Positions 12,207 to 27,133 are shown, counted from the first letter of the whole stretch. The stretch is DNA of 63,783 nucleotides, filler included, from Basidiobolus ranarum (GCA_040143965.1; 21 parts of 21 records of this genome joined end to end with filler, not necessarily neighbours in it); one strand, 5' to 3'. The notes: generated by a model not told the origin, from the sequence alone. Translations and numbers: made by a program.

Positions 12207-15155
12207 CGCTACCCGCCTTTTGGCTTCTCGTTCTACCTTCGCTTTGAAGTCTCTCTCAACCCCTTTAGTCGTTAGAGCTCTTCCTAAGCCTACCTTTACC
12301 CCTCGCTTCGCTACTAGACTGGTACACACTGCTAAGCCCCCTGCCAAAGATGTTTTCACTCCCTTGGACACCTTCGTCCGTCGTCACAACGGCTCAGGTG
12401 AACAAGCAATGGGTGAAATGCTCAAGACCGTTGGCGTCAAATCAGTGGATGATCTTATTGCCAAGACCGTTCCATCCTCTATCCGTGCCGCCAAGGCTTT
12501 GGCTTTAGATAACGGATATCCTGAGAGAGAACTCCTCAAACGTTTGAAGGAAATCGCTTCCAAGAACAAGGTTTATCGCTCCTACCTCGGTATGGGTTAC
12601 GCCGATACCGTCGTTCCCAATGTGATTCTCAGAAACATCATGGAGAACCCAGGATGGTACACCCAATATACTCCATACCAAGCTGAGATTGCTCAAGGTC
12701 GTCTTGAGTCATTACTTAACTATCAAACCATGGTCACCGATTTGACTGGCATGGAGATTGCCAACGCCTCATTGCTCGATGAGGGTACCGCCGCTGGTGA
12801 AGCCATGGTGATGTGCTACACCGCTAGCAGAAACAAGAAGAAGACCTTCTTTGTTGATGAGAACTGCCACCCTCAAACCATCGAGGTCTTGAGAACCCGT
12901 GCTGAAGGTTTCGGCATCAACGTTGTCGTCGGAAACTACAAGACCTTCGACTTTGAGGCTGCTCAAAAGGATATCTCCGGTGTTCTTATTCAATACCCAG
13001 CCAACGATGGTATTGTCATTGACTACCAAGAGTTCACCGACAGAATCCACAAACTCGGTGGACAAGTTGTCTGTGCCACTGAACTCCTTGCCTTGACTAT
13101 GCTCAAGCCCCCTGGTGAGTTCGGAGCTGACATCGTGTTGGGTAACAGTCAACGTTTCGGTGTCCCTCTTGGTTATGGTGGCCCACATGCTGCCTTCTTT
13201 GCCTGTACCAAGGACAACGCTAGAAGAATGCCCGGAAGAATTGTCGGTGTATCAAAGGATGCTGCCGGTAAGAAGGCTCTTCGTTTAGCTCTTCAAACTC
13301 GTGAGCAACACATTCGTCGTGAAAAGGCCACTTCCAACATCTGTACCGCTCAGGCTTTGTTGGCTAACATGGCAGCCATGTACGCTGTTTACCACGGTCC
13401 TGAGGGAGTTAAGCAAATTGCCCAAAGAATCCACAACCTCACTTCCATCCTCGCTGAGGGTGTTCGTCGTGCTGGTCACACCGTCAAGAATGAATCATTC
13501 TTCGACACTCTCACCATCAAGGTCAACGGAGGTTCTGAGTCAACCATCAAGAAGGCTGTTGAGAATGGCATCAATCTTCGTCGTATCGATGAGACCACTG
13601 TTGGAGTCACTCTTGATGAAACTGTCACCCGCAAGGATCTCGAGGATCTTCTCAAGGCCTTCTCTGCTGATGGATCAGTCCCTGATGTCTCAGCACTCGC
13701 TGCCGAGGTTGGTGTGAGTGAGAGCAAGCCAGCTCAAAACTTCCCCAGCAACCTTGTTCGTACCTCCAAGTATTTGGAACACGAGATCTTCAACAGCTAT
13801 CACTCTGAGACGGATATGCTTCGTTACATTCACCACTTGCAATCCAAGGATCTCTCCCTTACCCACTCCATGATCCCTCTTGGTTCCTGCACCATGAAGC
13901 TCAATGCCACCACTGAAATGATCCCAGTCACCTGGCCTGAATTTGGCAGCATCCATCCATTCGCACCTGCTGACCAAGTTGAGGGATACAAGATCATGCT
14001 CGATGAGCTTGCCGAAGATCTCGCTGTGATCACCGGCTTTGATGAAGTCTCCCTTCAACCCAACAGTGGTGCTCAAGGAGAGTATGCCGGTCTTCGTACC
14101 ATCAAGGCTTTCCACGAATCCCGTGGTGAAGGCAAGCGTGATGTTTGCTTGATTCCTATCTCTGCTCACGGTACCAACCCTGCTTCCGCCGCCATGGCTG
14201 GTATGAAGGTGGTGATTGTCAACTGCAAGCCTAACGGTAACTTGGATCTTGATGATCTCAAGGCCAAGGCTGAGAAGAACAAGGACAAACTTGCCGCTGT
14301 CATGGTTACCTACCCCTCCACCTATGGTGTATTCGAGGATGGTATCAAGGACTTGTGCGACATCGTACACAACAACGGAGGTCAAGTCTATATGGATGGA
14401 GCTAACATGAACGCTCAGATCGGTCTCTGCTCACCTGGAGAGATTGGTGCTGATGTGTGCCATTTGAACTTGCACAAGACCTTCTGTATTCCTCACGGTG
14501 GTGGTGGCCCAGGTATGGGACCCATCGGTGTCAAGTCTCACTTGGCTCCTTTCTTGCCCGGTCATCCATTGGTTCAGACTGGTGGAGAGAAGGCTATTGG
14601 CCCTATTTCTGCAGCTCCATTCGGTTCATCCAGTATTCTTCCCATCTCTTGGGCATACATCAAGTTGATGGGTGCCAAGGGTATCACTGAAGCTACTGAA
14701 CAAGCCATCCTCAACGCCAACTACATGAGAAGCCGTCTCGAGAACCACTACAAGGTTCTCTTCACCAATGAGAATGGTATGTGTGCTCACGAGTTCATCC
14801 TTGATATTCGTCCATTCGGAGAGACTGCCGGAGTTGAGGCCATCGATGTTGCCAAGCGTCTTCAAGATTATGGTTTCCACTCTCCCACCATGTCATGGCC
14901 TGTTGCCAACACTTTGATGATTGAGCCCACCGAGTCTGAGTCCAAGGCTGAACTTGATCGTTTCTGTGATGCTATGATCTCCATCCGTGAGGAAATCCGT
15001 GCCGTTGAGGAAGGACAACAACCCAAGGATAACAATGTTCTCAAGAACTCACCTCACCCTCTCGATCGTCTTATGGCCAACGAGTGGACTCACCCTTACT
15101 CTCGTGAACAAGCAGCCTATCCTAAGTCATGGTTGAAGGAACGCAAGTTCTGGCC
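12207..15155 (+). CDS. GCV2: Glycine cleavage system P protein (glycine dehydrogenase), both ends truncated
   Basis: [46 protein letters not shown] and the PLP motif HLNLHKTF. Arg/Ser-rich mitochondrial presequence; intronless here. Confidence 0.98.
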
Positions 15156-15255
15156 NNNNNNNNNNNNNNNNNNNNNNNNNNNNNNNNNNNNNNNNNNNNT
15201 TAATTAATTAANNNNNNNNNNNNNNNNNNNNNNNNNNNNNNNNNNNNNNNNNNNN

Positions 15256-16544
15256 TGCGTCAATTTCAGTTCCGTGTAGGTCCCGCAAATTTCGCATTGA
15301 TCCATGTTTCTCTAATCCCGGTTGTTGGATCCGTTGGTGAGCAGAAAACCAAACCTACCCAAGCTAGTATCCGGGATTTACGTGGTTTGGGTCTGAACCC
15401 AGATTTAATAGCCTGCCGTAGCTCGAAGCATCTGGATGAAGGAATTCGTGACAAAATTTCCATGTTTTGTCATGTTAGCCCCGAATGTGTCCTCAATGTT
15501 CGTGATGTTTCTTCCATTTACCACGTTCCTTTATTGCTTCAACAACAAGGTGCACTGGATACTATCCGTAAGAGACTCAATTTGGATTCCATCAGTGTCT
15601 CATCTACCATGATTCGTAAAGGCCATGAATTATGGAGAAAATGGAGACAGATTGCTCTCAGACATGACCATCCTCAAAATGAGGTCAATATTGCATTAGT
15701 CGGAAAATATACATATTTACACGACTCGTACTGCTCCGTAGTCAAGGCATTAGAGCATGCTTCCCTCTCCGTAAACACCAAACTCAATATCAAATGGGTT
15801 GAAGGCTCTGATCTTGAACCAGAATCCCAACAGAAGGATCCTGTTAAATATGCTGATTCTTGGCAATTGGTTACCTCTGCTGATGGTATATTGGTTCCTG
15901 GTGGCTTCGGTATCCGTGGAACCGAGGGTAAAATACTGGCCATCAAATGGGCACGTGAGAACAATATCCCATATCTCGGTATCTGTTTGGGTCTCCAGTT
16001 AGCTGCGATTGAATTTGCACGTAACGTGTGTGGTATAAAGGACGGTCACTCTGAGGAGTTCGTAGAAGATGCTCCTCATTCTATTGCTATATACATGCCC
16101 GAGATTTCTAAAACTCATCTTGGAGGTACTATGCGTTTAGGTGCTCGTCCAACTATATTCCAAGAGGGGTCTGAAAGCAGCAAGATCCGTAGATTGTATA
16201 ATGGAGAAAGGTCTATCGATGAGCGTCATCGTCATAGATATGAGATTAACCCTGCATACATCAAGACGTTAGAATCTCAGGGTCTTAAGTTTGTTGGACA
16301 CGATGAAAGTGGAGAGAGAATGATTATTTTGGAAAAGGAGGATCACCCTTATTTCGTAGCTTCACAATTCCATCCGGAATATATTACTCGTCCTTTAAAA
16401 CCGTCGCCTCCTTTCGTTGGACTGATTCTGGCTGCTGCTGGATTATTAGACCAATATTTGGAATCGAACAGCTTTGCCCTATATGATCCGGACTTGGAAT
16501 CAGACGCACTCTCTGTGGATAAAATTTTGAATGAAACAAATTGA
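15256..16544 (+). CDS. URA7: CTP synthase, C-terminal part
   Basis: GEQKTKPTQ, IALVGKY, VPGGFG.RG, GICLGLQ, GGTMRLG, ERHRHRYEIN, QFHPE. Confidence 0.96.
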
Positions 16545-17868
16545 ATGTAACGTGGAATAATACATACAGTGGGATTCTTGATTGCCAATTTCTTGTAATA
16601 TCCGAACAATAAATTATCGAGCTACTAAGCACTATACAACATACTTTCTGAATATCTATTTTAATGAATGAAGCTTACAGTTTGCCTTCAATCGGGTGCT
16701 TTGTTTACAATGAGAAAGTATCCTAAATAGCCTTGCTTGGTAGGTGATTGCTGTGATGAATCCTGTTTTATTTGCCCTTGTTTACCCCCCCCCCAACATC
16801 CCCACTTTAAACTTTCTTCTTAATTCAAACTGAGGCTCCTGTAAAATCCCAATAAGTATCGTAACAACTTGTCTATGAGAAGCAAGATCATCAGCTGGAT
16901 CCACTGAACCTATTATCTAAAAGATTTCTATTGGGTAGAGAAAACATTAGCTTGATCTACTGGCCAAGCGGTAATCAGCCAAATCAAAGAGTTATCACCA
17001 CGATTTAGCTCCGTCATAGTACTCACAAAATTTGAGTTTCTTAGCAGTAAGTACTCAGTGATTAGGTTGACGGCAATTGGCTCCCGGTATAGAGTTGTCG
17101 AAATAGACGTGATTGATGAGTTTAAACAGTTGGTCTAGAACACGTCATGTATATATCATATGAGCATCGAAGTATGACTGCGTTTGTTTGCCACTTAACA
17201 ACCACCTTGCGTTACGAATAGCAATCCATGATGAATTCATCCAAAGTGGTGTCCAAATACGTAAGCTACAGAGGACTGTCTACATCGCTGATTTCTTGTC
17301 TACATGGCCATTGTTTGTATTAAATCCCAGTAGCCATCGGAGTCTGTGATGTGGAAGGATGTAGAAGCTACTCAAAATGGGAACACAAGAACGAAACGTT
17401 GATGCTACCCCGTTATGACTGCGATGATGACGTGAACTAAAAACCTCATTGTCGAATGAATGGGGATCGAAAGAATCTAATATATGACTTTTAATTGGAA
17501 TAGGGTAAAGGAATCGTAGATCCGGTTGTCCTTGTTTCGGGAAAGTTGTGATGAAAAATAAACTTAATCAGTAGAGCGTATTCATGTTGACCTCTCTGCC
17601 CCTATTAAAGGTCATAGACTGACACATAATCTTCATGCTCATGCGGCAAATATCCGCTCCAATAATATAGAATTATAGCATGCATTGAATAGCTTCGATA
17701 TATATATCAGCACTATTGAATACTAAAAATCGATCTTTACAACTGGTCAAATGATATCAAATGATTTTATTTGTGGTTACTTTTTACCATCTCAATGGTC
17801 GAGTATATATCATCTTAATGACATAAAATTGAACAGAGTGTGCACCTGTAACTCATCAATTTATAAAC

Positions 17869-18091
17869 ATGAGTCAGTTGAAAGAAGAGGTTTCGCTAGA
17901 TATCTCCAGGGAGACTCGGGTTTCTCACTCAAAGCCTATACAGCTAGTCTTTAGTAATCTAAGTTACACTGTGGGAGTGAAGGATCCACATCAAAAAGCA
18001 TCCTTGTTCAAGAGAACGAAATCCATCAAAAAAACCATCCTAGACAATTTGACAGGAACTTTCCAACCGGGACGCGTTACTGCTATCTTGG
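17869..18091 (+). pseudogene. ABCG-type transporter N-terminus, cut just before Walker A
   Basis: LVFSNLSYTV...KTILDNLTGTFQPGRVTAIL. The expected G.SG.GK(S/T) is absent. Confidence 0.7.
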
Positions 18092-18195
18092 ATCGACGTC
18101 GAGGAAGAAAGATTGGCCCAATTCAAATCGATCATCAGTCAACTGCCCAAGGCCAACTACGATACTTTGAAATATTTGATCATGCATCTGATTCG
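18092..18195 (+). other. RhoGAP-domain exon fragment
   Basis: The shifted frame reads IDVEEERLAQFKSIISQLPKANYDTLKYLIMHLIR, the LP..NY.TL.YL..HL.R RhoGAP signature, followed by a possible donor GTAAC. Confidence 0.7.
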
Positions 18196-18427
18196 GTAAC
18201 TANNNNNNNNNNNNNNNNNNNNNNNNNNNNNNNNNNNNNNNNNNNNTTAATTAATTAANNNNNNNNNNNNNNNNNNNNNNNNNNNNNNNNNNNNNNNNNN
18301 NNAAACTTAGACCCAATAGTTCAATTATTTTACTGTAACAGTCAGACCACTATATCCACCAATATCATACGTATATTGTTGAGTTTCTGTTTTAACTCTT
18401 CTTTAGTTAGTCACTGCCTTACCTGTT

Positions 18428-21096
18428 ATGTCGAGGACTTGCTCTGATGGAAGTGCGGACGATTCTTCTCTTGTTTCGAGCTCAAGTGGTGATCCAACCA
18501 AGGCAGTCATTTACAACCGAAATGGTACGAAATGCATCACGATTGTAAAGACCCAAGTCTCCCCATCACAACCCGAAGAAGGGTGCGTGAATTTAGAACT
18601 ACCAAGTGGCCATACCACTTCAACGACTAAAAAGAAAAAGAGAAAAAACAAAAAGTCCCTCGACTATTCTGAAGAAGAATCCCTGGTCGCAAATTCGTAC
18701 TCTGGCGGGGATGAAATCCTCCTGGAAACTCATTCAACAACATCACTTCCACAAGAACGGAACTCTCTATCTTGCTCTGATAAACAGTCTGGTGGCTATA
18801 GTCAAACAACTGCACCCAAAGTTAAGCCGCCTGCTCAACATAAGAACGCCGGGAAAAAAGACGATGGTATCTGGAGTATTGACATTGAGGAAGAGCGAAA
18901 GCGTATACGTACATTTTGGTTACAGCTGTCCGAAGAAGAACGTAAGACTCTAGTCAAGGTAGAAAGGAATACTGTGTTGAAAAAAATGCGTGAGCAAAAG
19001 AACAGAGTTTGTCCTTGCTCTATATGTGGTAAAAGGAGGTGGGTTTTGTTTGACAAATTTCGAATTGCTCCACAGCACCATTTGAATATCCAGTCCAAGC
19101 ATATAACTGATAAACCTCCAAAACTATAGAAAAAAAGCTCAGGAAGCTAGAGGAGCCTCGATAGACGTCAGGTATAACAGGGATTCAGGTGATAATCATC
19201 AGGACCCAACAGCTAAATCACTTGAGACAGATGAGTACTCCGATGAAGAGGAGGCGATGGTATATCCACCTCCAAATGTGTATCTAGATCTCGAAAATGA
19301 TCTGAAAATAGGTAAGAGGAATCAGAGTTACTAGATCGAATGTATAGGCCTAGCTCTTATATTTGCTTTATCTAACACAAGAAGAGGATGGTATGGTGAC
19401 CGTAGCAGATGACCTAATCAAGAACGATGGAGAGAAATTCCTGGTAATGATGGAAAAGCTAGCTGAGCAGCAAGTTGAACTTAAGGAACCCGAGTGTGAA
19501 ACAAATGGCTGCTGCGAGGAACATGGTCCCAAAGAAACCGGATTATATGATGAAGAGGAAGAAAAGTTGGATATGACGACAAAGGGATCAATTGAAGAGG
19601 TTAACTCTAGTATATCCACAATTAATTGAATACTCGTCACTAAATAAGCCATTTTCTGTCCCAAAGACATGTACCGGCCAGTCCTCTCCTGAAGATCAAA
19701 GATTAGAGGATCGTCATATATTCCAAGTGCTTATCGCTAGACTCTTCGAACAACAAGTGTTACAGGCCTATCGGGAAAAAGTACACATAAACCACCTGAA
19801 TTTTCGAATGTTTTTGTGTATTCATTATTATATTCGTTAAAGGTTGCAAATGAACGTCAACAGAGATTACTTGGAGAAATTGAAGAGGAGATTAGGCTGA
19901 AGCGTGAAAAAGAAGAGATTAGGTTAAAGAAAAAGGAGAAGAAGAAGGATAAAAAAAGGTCAGTATTTTACTCAACTATTCAGCAATATTAGTATATTAA
20001 AATTTGCTATTACAGACTCTCTAAGGAGCGCAAGGAGCAACTAAGATTGAAAAATGAGAGTGAGCAATTGGCTAGGGCAGAGAGTGCTAAGGCCCAAAAA
20101 GAAGAAGAAAAGAAAAAAAAGGATGAGGAGCAGCAACGAAGGATAAAGGAAAAACTCCAGAAAGAGCAAGAGCGAGTCCAACAAGAAGAAGTAACCCGGG
20201 AAATCCTCAAAGTAAAAGAAATTGCACGTCTGAAAATGGCTTTACAGGAGAAACTCAAAGACGAAACAAATCAACATAAAGAATCGGAAAAGCGTGACAC
20301 TCACTTTGATTTGGATGAATTAACCTCACAAGCGTGTTTGCAAGCTAGCACGCGAAACTCATCACCCGAAACTACCAATCAAGTAGGTAATGGTAATAGC
20401 CTTTGCAAAAATGCCGCAGAGACCTCACTTCCTACTAGCAATTCCATTAACAACAATGGAGAAGTACCTCACTATCCAGTCGTTGATGCATTGGATAATT
20501 CAGCGACTGACGAACTACCTCAAGTGGCAGCTTCACCTTGTATTCGGCCGTTTTATCAACAGACCGCACAGTCAAGCTCCTCAACAATTGGCATAAGTGA
20601 TTTTAATAAAGCAACTCTACATCAATTCCCAATTTCCCGTGGAGTACCATTCGAAACGAGCGATCCTTTTATACATGCTAAAAATGAAGCTAGTCAGATT
20701 GGCGTTGCACTTGGTGGTGGCCAGGGACTTGGGTTTGGCTTATTAACAAATGGAAGCAATGATCATGCCTATCCCGGTTTTAGTCTGCCAACTTGGAATT
20801 CTAACGCTGGAGTCGATACAAAAGTAATTCGGCCTCCAAAGTCCAAGGCTGTTTCTCGTCCTGCATCAAGTCGAAAGTTTAGTCATGATCTAGGAAGTGC
20901 CGAACCAACATCAAGAGATTTCAATGCATTGTCGTCAACTACGAGTTCTTTTTCCTTGGCACACATATGGGATTCTCCTTCAAAAGATGACTCGAGCTCT
21001 CCTTCGCAACTCTCATCCGCCTCACCTGTACAGGAATCATCCTTCTTTACTGACCATCTCTTTACTGGTACCGTCTATTATATTCTTCGGCTATGA
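18428..21096 (+). CDS. NST1: Nst1-like stress response protein, multi-exon, divergent
   Basis: IW...EEERKRIRTFWLQLSEEERKTLVKVE...VLKKMREQ...CPCSICGKR; VTVADDLIKNDGEKFLVMMEKLAE; ARLFEQQVLQAYREKVA; coiled coil. The 3' end is uncertain. Confidence 0.85.
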
Positions 21097-21347
21097 TCTA
21101 TACTTGCAACTAAACAATGAGATATCAGTAATACCATCAGCTTTACGGTGAGTACTTCGGTATTGGATCAATGATCTATATTTGGGTGATTTCATCAAAA
21201 CTTTAAGACGGGGAATCAACGGTATGTAAGCCAAATATGAACGATATNNNNNNNNNNNNNNNNNNNNNNNNNNNNNNNNNNNNNNNNNNNNTTAATTAAT
21301 TAANNNNNNNNNNNNNNNNNNNNNNNNNNNNNNNNNNNNNNNNNNNN

Positions 21348-23494
21348 CGGATGAATCTGCCTGGAATGCTTATATTAAATTGGAAAAAAGATACCAGGAA
21401 ATTGAGCGGGCTAGAGAAATTTATGAAAGATTTGTCCACGTTCATCCAGAACCAAAGAACTGGACTAAATGGGCGAAATTTGAGGAAGATCAAAATAACA
21501 TTGGTAAATTTGGTTGTTTCCTTTTTCTTACACTTACCGAATTCTAATTCTTCCGATTCTTAAGACAAGGTTAGAGAGATCTTCTCGGAAGCTATTGAAT
21601 ACCTCGGTGATGATCATATTGATCAACGAATTTTCATCACCTTTGCAAAATTCGAAACTAGACTTAAAGAGGTAATTGAAACGTGAAGACAGCATGCATT
21701 AATATCCATGAAATCTAACATTTATTGCTCAGTTTGAACGCGCCAGAGTGATATACAAGTATGCATTAGACAGAATGCCTCGACACAAATCCGAGACATT
21801 ATATAAGCAGTATACTCAGTTCGAGAAGCAATACGGAGATAAGGAGGATATTGAAGATGTGGTTATTGGAAAGAGAAGAACTCAGTATGAAGAGGTTAGT
21901 TTGAATCACTCAAGCTCAGATGATATTACTAGGGATCGAAATTTACAAGAAACATTCTAGGAAATCAAAAATAACCCCAAGAACTACGATGTCTGGTTTG
22001 ATTATGCAAGACTCGAAGAGGACAATGGGGATGTTACCAGAACAAGAGAAGTTTATGAACGAGCCATTGCTGAGGTCCCACCGGTTCAAGTAAGAATCGC
22101 TTTTCTTTCTGTAAATAGATTAATTTCTTTCTCACCCTTGAGCCATAAACCCCTTAGGAAAAGCGATTCTGGAAAAGATACATCTATCTGTGGATCAAGT
22201 ACGCGTTGTTTGAAGAGTTAGAAACTAAGGTGAATAGTGCGTACATACATCATTGAAAGCTCACTTTCTAACCTGGATGGGATTTGATTAGGACTATGAA
22301 CGTGCACGTCAAGTATACTCCGAATGCATCAAATTGATACCCCACAAAAAATTCACCTTCGCAAAGATCTGGCTATTCTATGCGTACTTCGAAATCCGAC
22401 GATTGAACTTGGATGCTGCTAGAAAGACTCTTGGCACCTCTATTGGTATGTTCTAAATATAATATTTGCCGTTCATTTGCCAATACAGCTACTTACGTCA
22501 ATGTAGGTATGTGCCCCAAAGATAAGCTGTTCAAAGGATACATTGAGCTTGAGATTCAACTACTCGACTTTGACCGCGTACGCAAATTGTATGAGAAGCA
22601 CATGGAATACAACCCAGCCAATTGCTATGCTTGGATTAAATTTGCTGAGGTTGAGAAAGAACTTGAGGATTATGATCGTTGCAGAGCCATATTCGAATTG
22701 GCTATACAACAACCAGTACTCGACATGCCTGAAGTCCTTTGGAAAGCATATATCGGTATGATTACTTGATAATTCCCAGTAGACATGTTGTCTCATGCTA
22801 ATCGTGTCTATCAGATTTCGAAATGGAGCAAGAAGAGTACGATAAAGCTCGCATGCTATATGAACGTCTTCTCGAGCGTACTCAACACGTCAAAGTATGG
22901 ATCAGTTTCGCACAATTTGAACTTCAAGCACCCAACATCGACTCTGAGGATTCAGGCGAGAAGGCCGCACGGGCTAGACAGATATTCGATCGTGCTTATA
23001 AGAGCATGAAGGAGCGCGAGCTTAAAGAAGAGGTAAGCAATGGAAATATGAGGAAGATTGCCTTTACCTCCAATCCGAAAATGAAAATGCTCAACCCTTT
23101 TTCTTTAGCGTGTTCTTATTTTGGAAGCTTGGCGTGAATTTGAAACACAGTATGGAACCAGCGAAACATTGGAATCTGTCACCTCTAAAATGCCTAAAGT
23201 GGTCAAAAAGAGACGTCAAGTGGAAGATGAGGTTTCTGGAACATCGTGGGAGGAATATTATGATTACATCTTCCCTGATGATGTTACACAAAAACCCAAC
23301 CTTAAATTCCTCGCTATGGCTTATCAATGGAGTGTAAGCAATGATTTTCTAGTGGATTCCTCAATAATTTACTGACTTTACGTTCTCAATAGCAATCAAG
23401 ACAAGGAGAAGCTAATAACGAATCGGAGGTCAAAGAAGAAGTTAAACAGGAGACCACAGAGGAGGTTAAAGAGCCAGTTACAGAACAGGAGTAA
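21348..23494 (+). CDS. CLF1: Crooked-neck/HAT-repeat splicing factor, 5' truncated, about 9 short introns
   Basis: [79 protein letters not shown] introns of ~55-80 nt; stop at 23492-23494. Confidence 0.95.
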
Positions 23495-24182
23495 AAATGG
23501 ATCAGTCACTTTTTCATATATGTGGGATTCACGTGAATTTCCAGTGGTCTCTAAGATTAACTATAGTACTACATCACTTATCGTTACTCCTCTGCTTTTA
23601 ATGATTAGAAGGTTATCGGTTGAAATGCAACGGATATTTTTGTCATGTGTGGTTACTTTCCATTTGTTAATGTAAATTTCTTTCATAAATCTACCACATG
23701 ATCCATATTCTATCGTTAAATTTACAAATAGACTTCCAAACTTTTCTCATTCTTTTACCTAACTTTTGATCGGTGTAATTGAAATATAAAGTCTCGTATT
23801 TGAATGAATAATTACATCTACTTTGAAAGTTATTACAGTACGTTACCAGTCGTGGTTCTTTTCCTGTTGGTAAATATTCCATTAGAATATTTAAATTCCT
23901 TCTTGACTAATACAGTTCAATCATTATTGCAGGCGATCATCTACAATATTCAAACATGGCTAGGCCTATGTCATAGTGCTGAATCGTGTAGTTGGTTACT
24001 TATATACCATGGCAAATCTTCTTATTGCTGACAAAGTATCTAGAACTCACAAGCTTTGTGACAATGTTTTTTGACCGTTTTCTCTTCATATAAGATGTAA
24101 CTCTAAAGAAACATATATGGTAAGTTATTCATGCTTTGGACAGTATTTGCAACACTTTGGATAAAAATGGCATTTTATTTTG

Positions 24183-24291
24183 TGTTAAAGTATTTGGGAG
24201 CCTGTTGGAAGTGGTTTGGAGAATTAGAGGAATTGGTGGTTTTCACTTATTGATTTATTGAGTAGAAAGTTGACATTTATAGTTTTGTCAA
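24183..24291 (-). mobile_element. Copia family-A LTR, partial
   Basis: TGTTAAAGTATTTGGGAGCCTGTTGGAAGTGG..., cut by the contig end. Confidence 0.85.
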
Positions 24292-27133
24292 NNNNNNNNN
24301 NNNNNNNNNNNNNNNNNNNNNNNNNNNNNNNNNNNTTAATTAATTAANNNNNNNNNNNNNNNNNNNNNNNNNNNNNNNNNNNNNNNNNNNNTTTGGCTAT
24401 AGTTGACCATGGTGGCAGCAACTTTCACGTGCACAGGCACATTCAAAGCCCCTCGCTGAATAGCCAAGGAATTGTTGACTAGTCCAGCTTATGACATGAA
24501 TAGTTCCAAGAAATGAACCCAATTAAGGGACTGGATGCATCTACAGCCACTGCGAGATTTGTTGTTTAAGATCGGGATTTGTATTTCAAGAGAGGAGTGG
24601 CCTCTGGATGATTCCGCCCAACTAACAGCATCTTTCGATGGATTAGTGTGTTCAAGATGTAGCCGTATGGGAAAGGATGGGCCACATAATCAACTGTGCT
24701 ACTGTTTCTCCTTCAGCCAAGGTTTCATCCTTGGACGTAAGCGCTTCTTCGCTAGGATTACCATTCTCCCTGTGTGAACACAATCTAGTACTGAGAAATG
24801 ATGCCCTTCTCACACTTTCATTCACCCCAATCTCCTCAAACTCTGAGTAGGACGTAGTTAGTCTAAGTCAGTAATGTAGACCATCTCCAACCATATACCA
24901 AACCTGGCCCAACCGTGATGTCAAACCAAGTGTGGCACTCAATCTTACGTATTTCTGACCATCACTTGGCACTCACCGCTCTTGAATCGGAGTACTGTTT
25001 GTATCAAGCCACTGGTGGTACATCGTAGGATACGTCATTGATCAAAGTCTATCTGGGTCATTGTCTAATCAGAAAATGGCCGGGAACTTAATCTAAACAA
25101 TCAGTCTCCGTGCTTTGATATGATGTCACATCCGTCAATCAAGAAATGCATTGGAAAAGGGAGACGTTTGATTAGGCCAATTTGGTATGCATTGTTTTCA
25201 TACCATAGAGTGTTTCACCTTGGCCAGTCCAGCGATTGAGTGGCCGTATTAGCCACAACCATCAAGCATACTCTCAAGTTCTACTATCAACCATTCAAGG
25301 CATTGCCAACATCCTGATTGGCCTTGGCCACATCGCCTGACAAAAGACGAGGAGGTTGGGCATACTGGTTAACTGAAACAGTGTGTTATTGGAGACTCTC
25401 ATAGGGTTAAAGTCTCCTTGATAGGCTAGATGGGTTTAGTGAATTTACGTCAAGTTCAGATCTTTTCAGAGCTGTAACTCAACATCCAGCCGGTTGCCAG
25501 GCTGTATGAGTGATACTGAAGTCATCCCGTATCAGCAACCCACAACTGGATTTTGAGTGGGAGAACTGGCTCCTTCTATACTGCGGAAGACTAGCCAGCT
25601 TGATGAAATGCCCTATGAGCATTGTGACACCATTCGCTTGCATCATCTAGAGTCAACTTCGCCTGGGAATCCTTGTCAGAAGCAGTGATTGGGAACTAGA
25701 GATCTAAAAACATCTGGAAAATTCGATATCATGTCGATATACGCCCATTTTCTTTCTCTTTCTCACTGTACACCGTCATTGTCATGTATATATCAATGGC
25801 TCAGTAACATATATCAAAGACGTATTCTCGTTAACTGTACTCATATATGACATTATCCTTGTTCTCGTACTCTCAATTGAATAATATATACTTTGTTTTC
25901 TTTCATCACTATCGAGTATTCCCTTTTACCTTCGATTCAAAAACACGCTGTACTCCTTGATTATCACCAAATATAGAGTAATTCCAAATGCTGAAGAACT
26001 CTGAACTACTGCATTTTAAAGACTTTAGCGACTTTATTATTTATGTTTGAATAATCAACATATTAGTTCAGTCATCCTGATTATAGCGTTCTTGTTTCTC
26101 TCAAGGTAACACCGATTAAGTAATACTCAATAGACAGATGGTCTTTCCCAACTCTTAGCATTTCTATTACCCTTAATTGGGAGAAGTAATGGTGCAAATA
26201 GAGTGAAAGGAAATATTCCAATGTAGCGTTGCTCAAATCTCTTTTATTCACTACATGAGATTGAACTGCTGCCACAATATCGGTTATTATGTATAACAAA
26301 ACGGTTACACAAAACACTAGAATTTAGAAGACTAGCCATATTATGTATTGAAGGAAGAGGTTAATATATCTTGGAAGTATCAAGCGAAAGCTATGAGATT
26401 GTATGCTAGGGTAAATTCTACTTTAGAATTTTATCTTTTCTCCAATAATGCAATTGATGTTGATATTCAATCCAAGCTTTATAATAAACTATCTCCAAAT
26501 ATATCAGGAATGAGTCCAACTAAATCGTAACTGGTGTAGATCACTTCAGATATCTTTTTACAGTTAGTAAAAGGAACTAAATCCTAAACTCGAAAGTCTG
26601 GATATTGATTAGAATTGAATGTTCAACTGGGTATTTTTGGAATCAACAATGTGATGATATTTGTAAGCAATTCCACTAAACTAGCATAGGGATAATAAGG
26701 TTGGTAATGGCGCCTAGGCAAAATTTTCTCAGGAAGGTTGGCTAGTTTTGATACCACCGCTTTATCTTAGGGATATATTTGAATTATATATAATATGCAT
26801 CAATAGTGTTGGGTGGATAGATAATTCACCGTGACTCTCCGCAGGGTGCTACTCATGCTTTGTCAAGCTGCATTAAGGCTCATCTACTCCTCAAACAATT
26901 TGATATTTCTCCAAATAGGGCACAAGTTAAATTTAATGTTTGTTTGAGTTATAATGTATGCCTTTATACTCACCTAACTACATGATTGGAAAGTATTTGA
27001 GATGCAAAGAAATGGTTTGTTTTGTGTAAATAAGCTGTGCACAAACTTTATGTAGCACCATTGTGTTTTCATATGTGGTAAAGTTCAAATAAGGATTGGT
27101 TACCTTAACTAGAGTTTATAAACAACATAAGTA

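Noticed and set aside
12159-14880. Antisense and alternative-frame ORFs over GCV2 (e.g. 13690-14385)
   Set aside because: Shadow ORFs caused by the strong codon bias of a highly conserved gene.
24392-26700. Possible decayed gene or TE in CpG-retaining sequence
   Set aside because: No recognisable motif in the frames I translated; no call can be supported.
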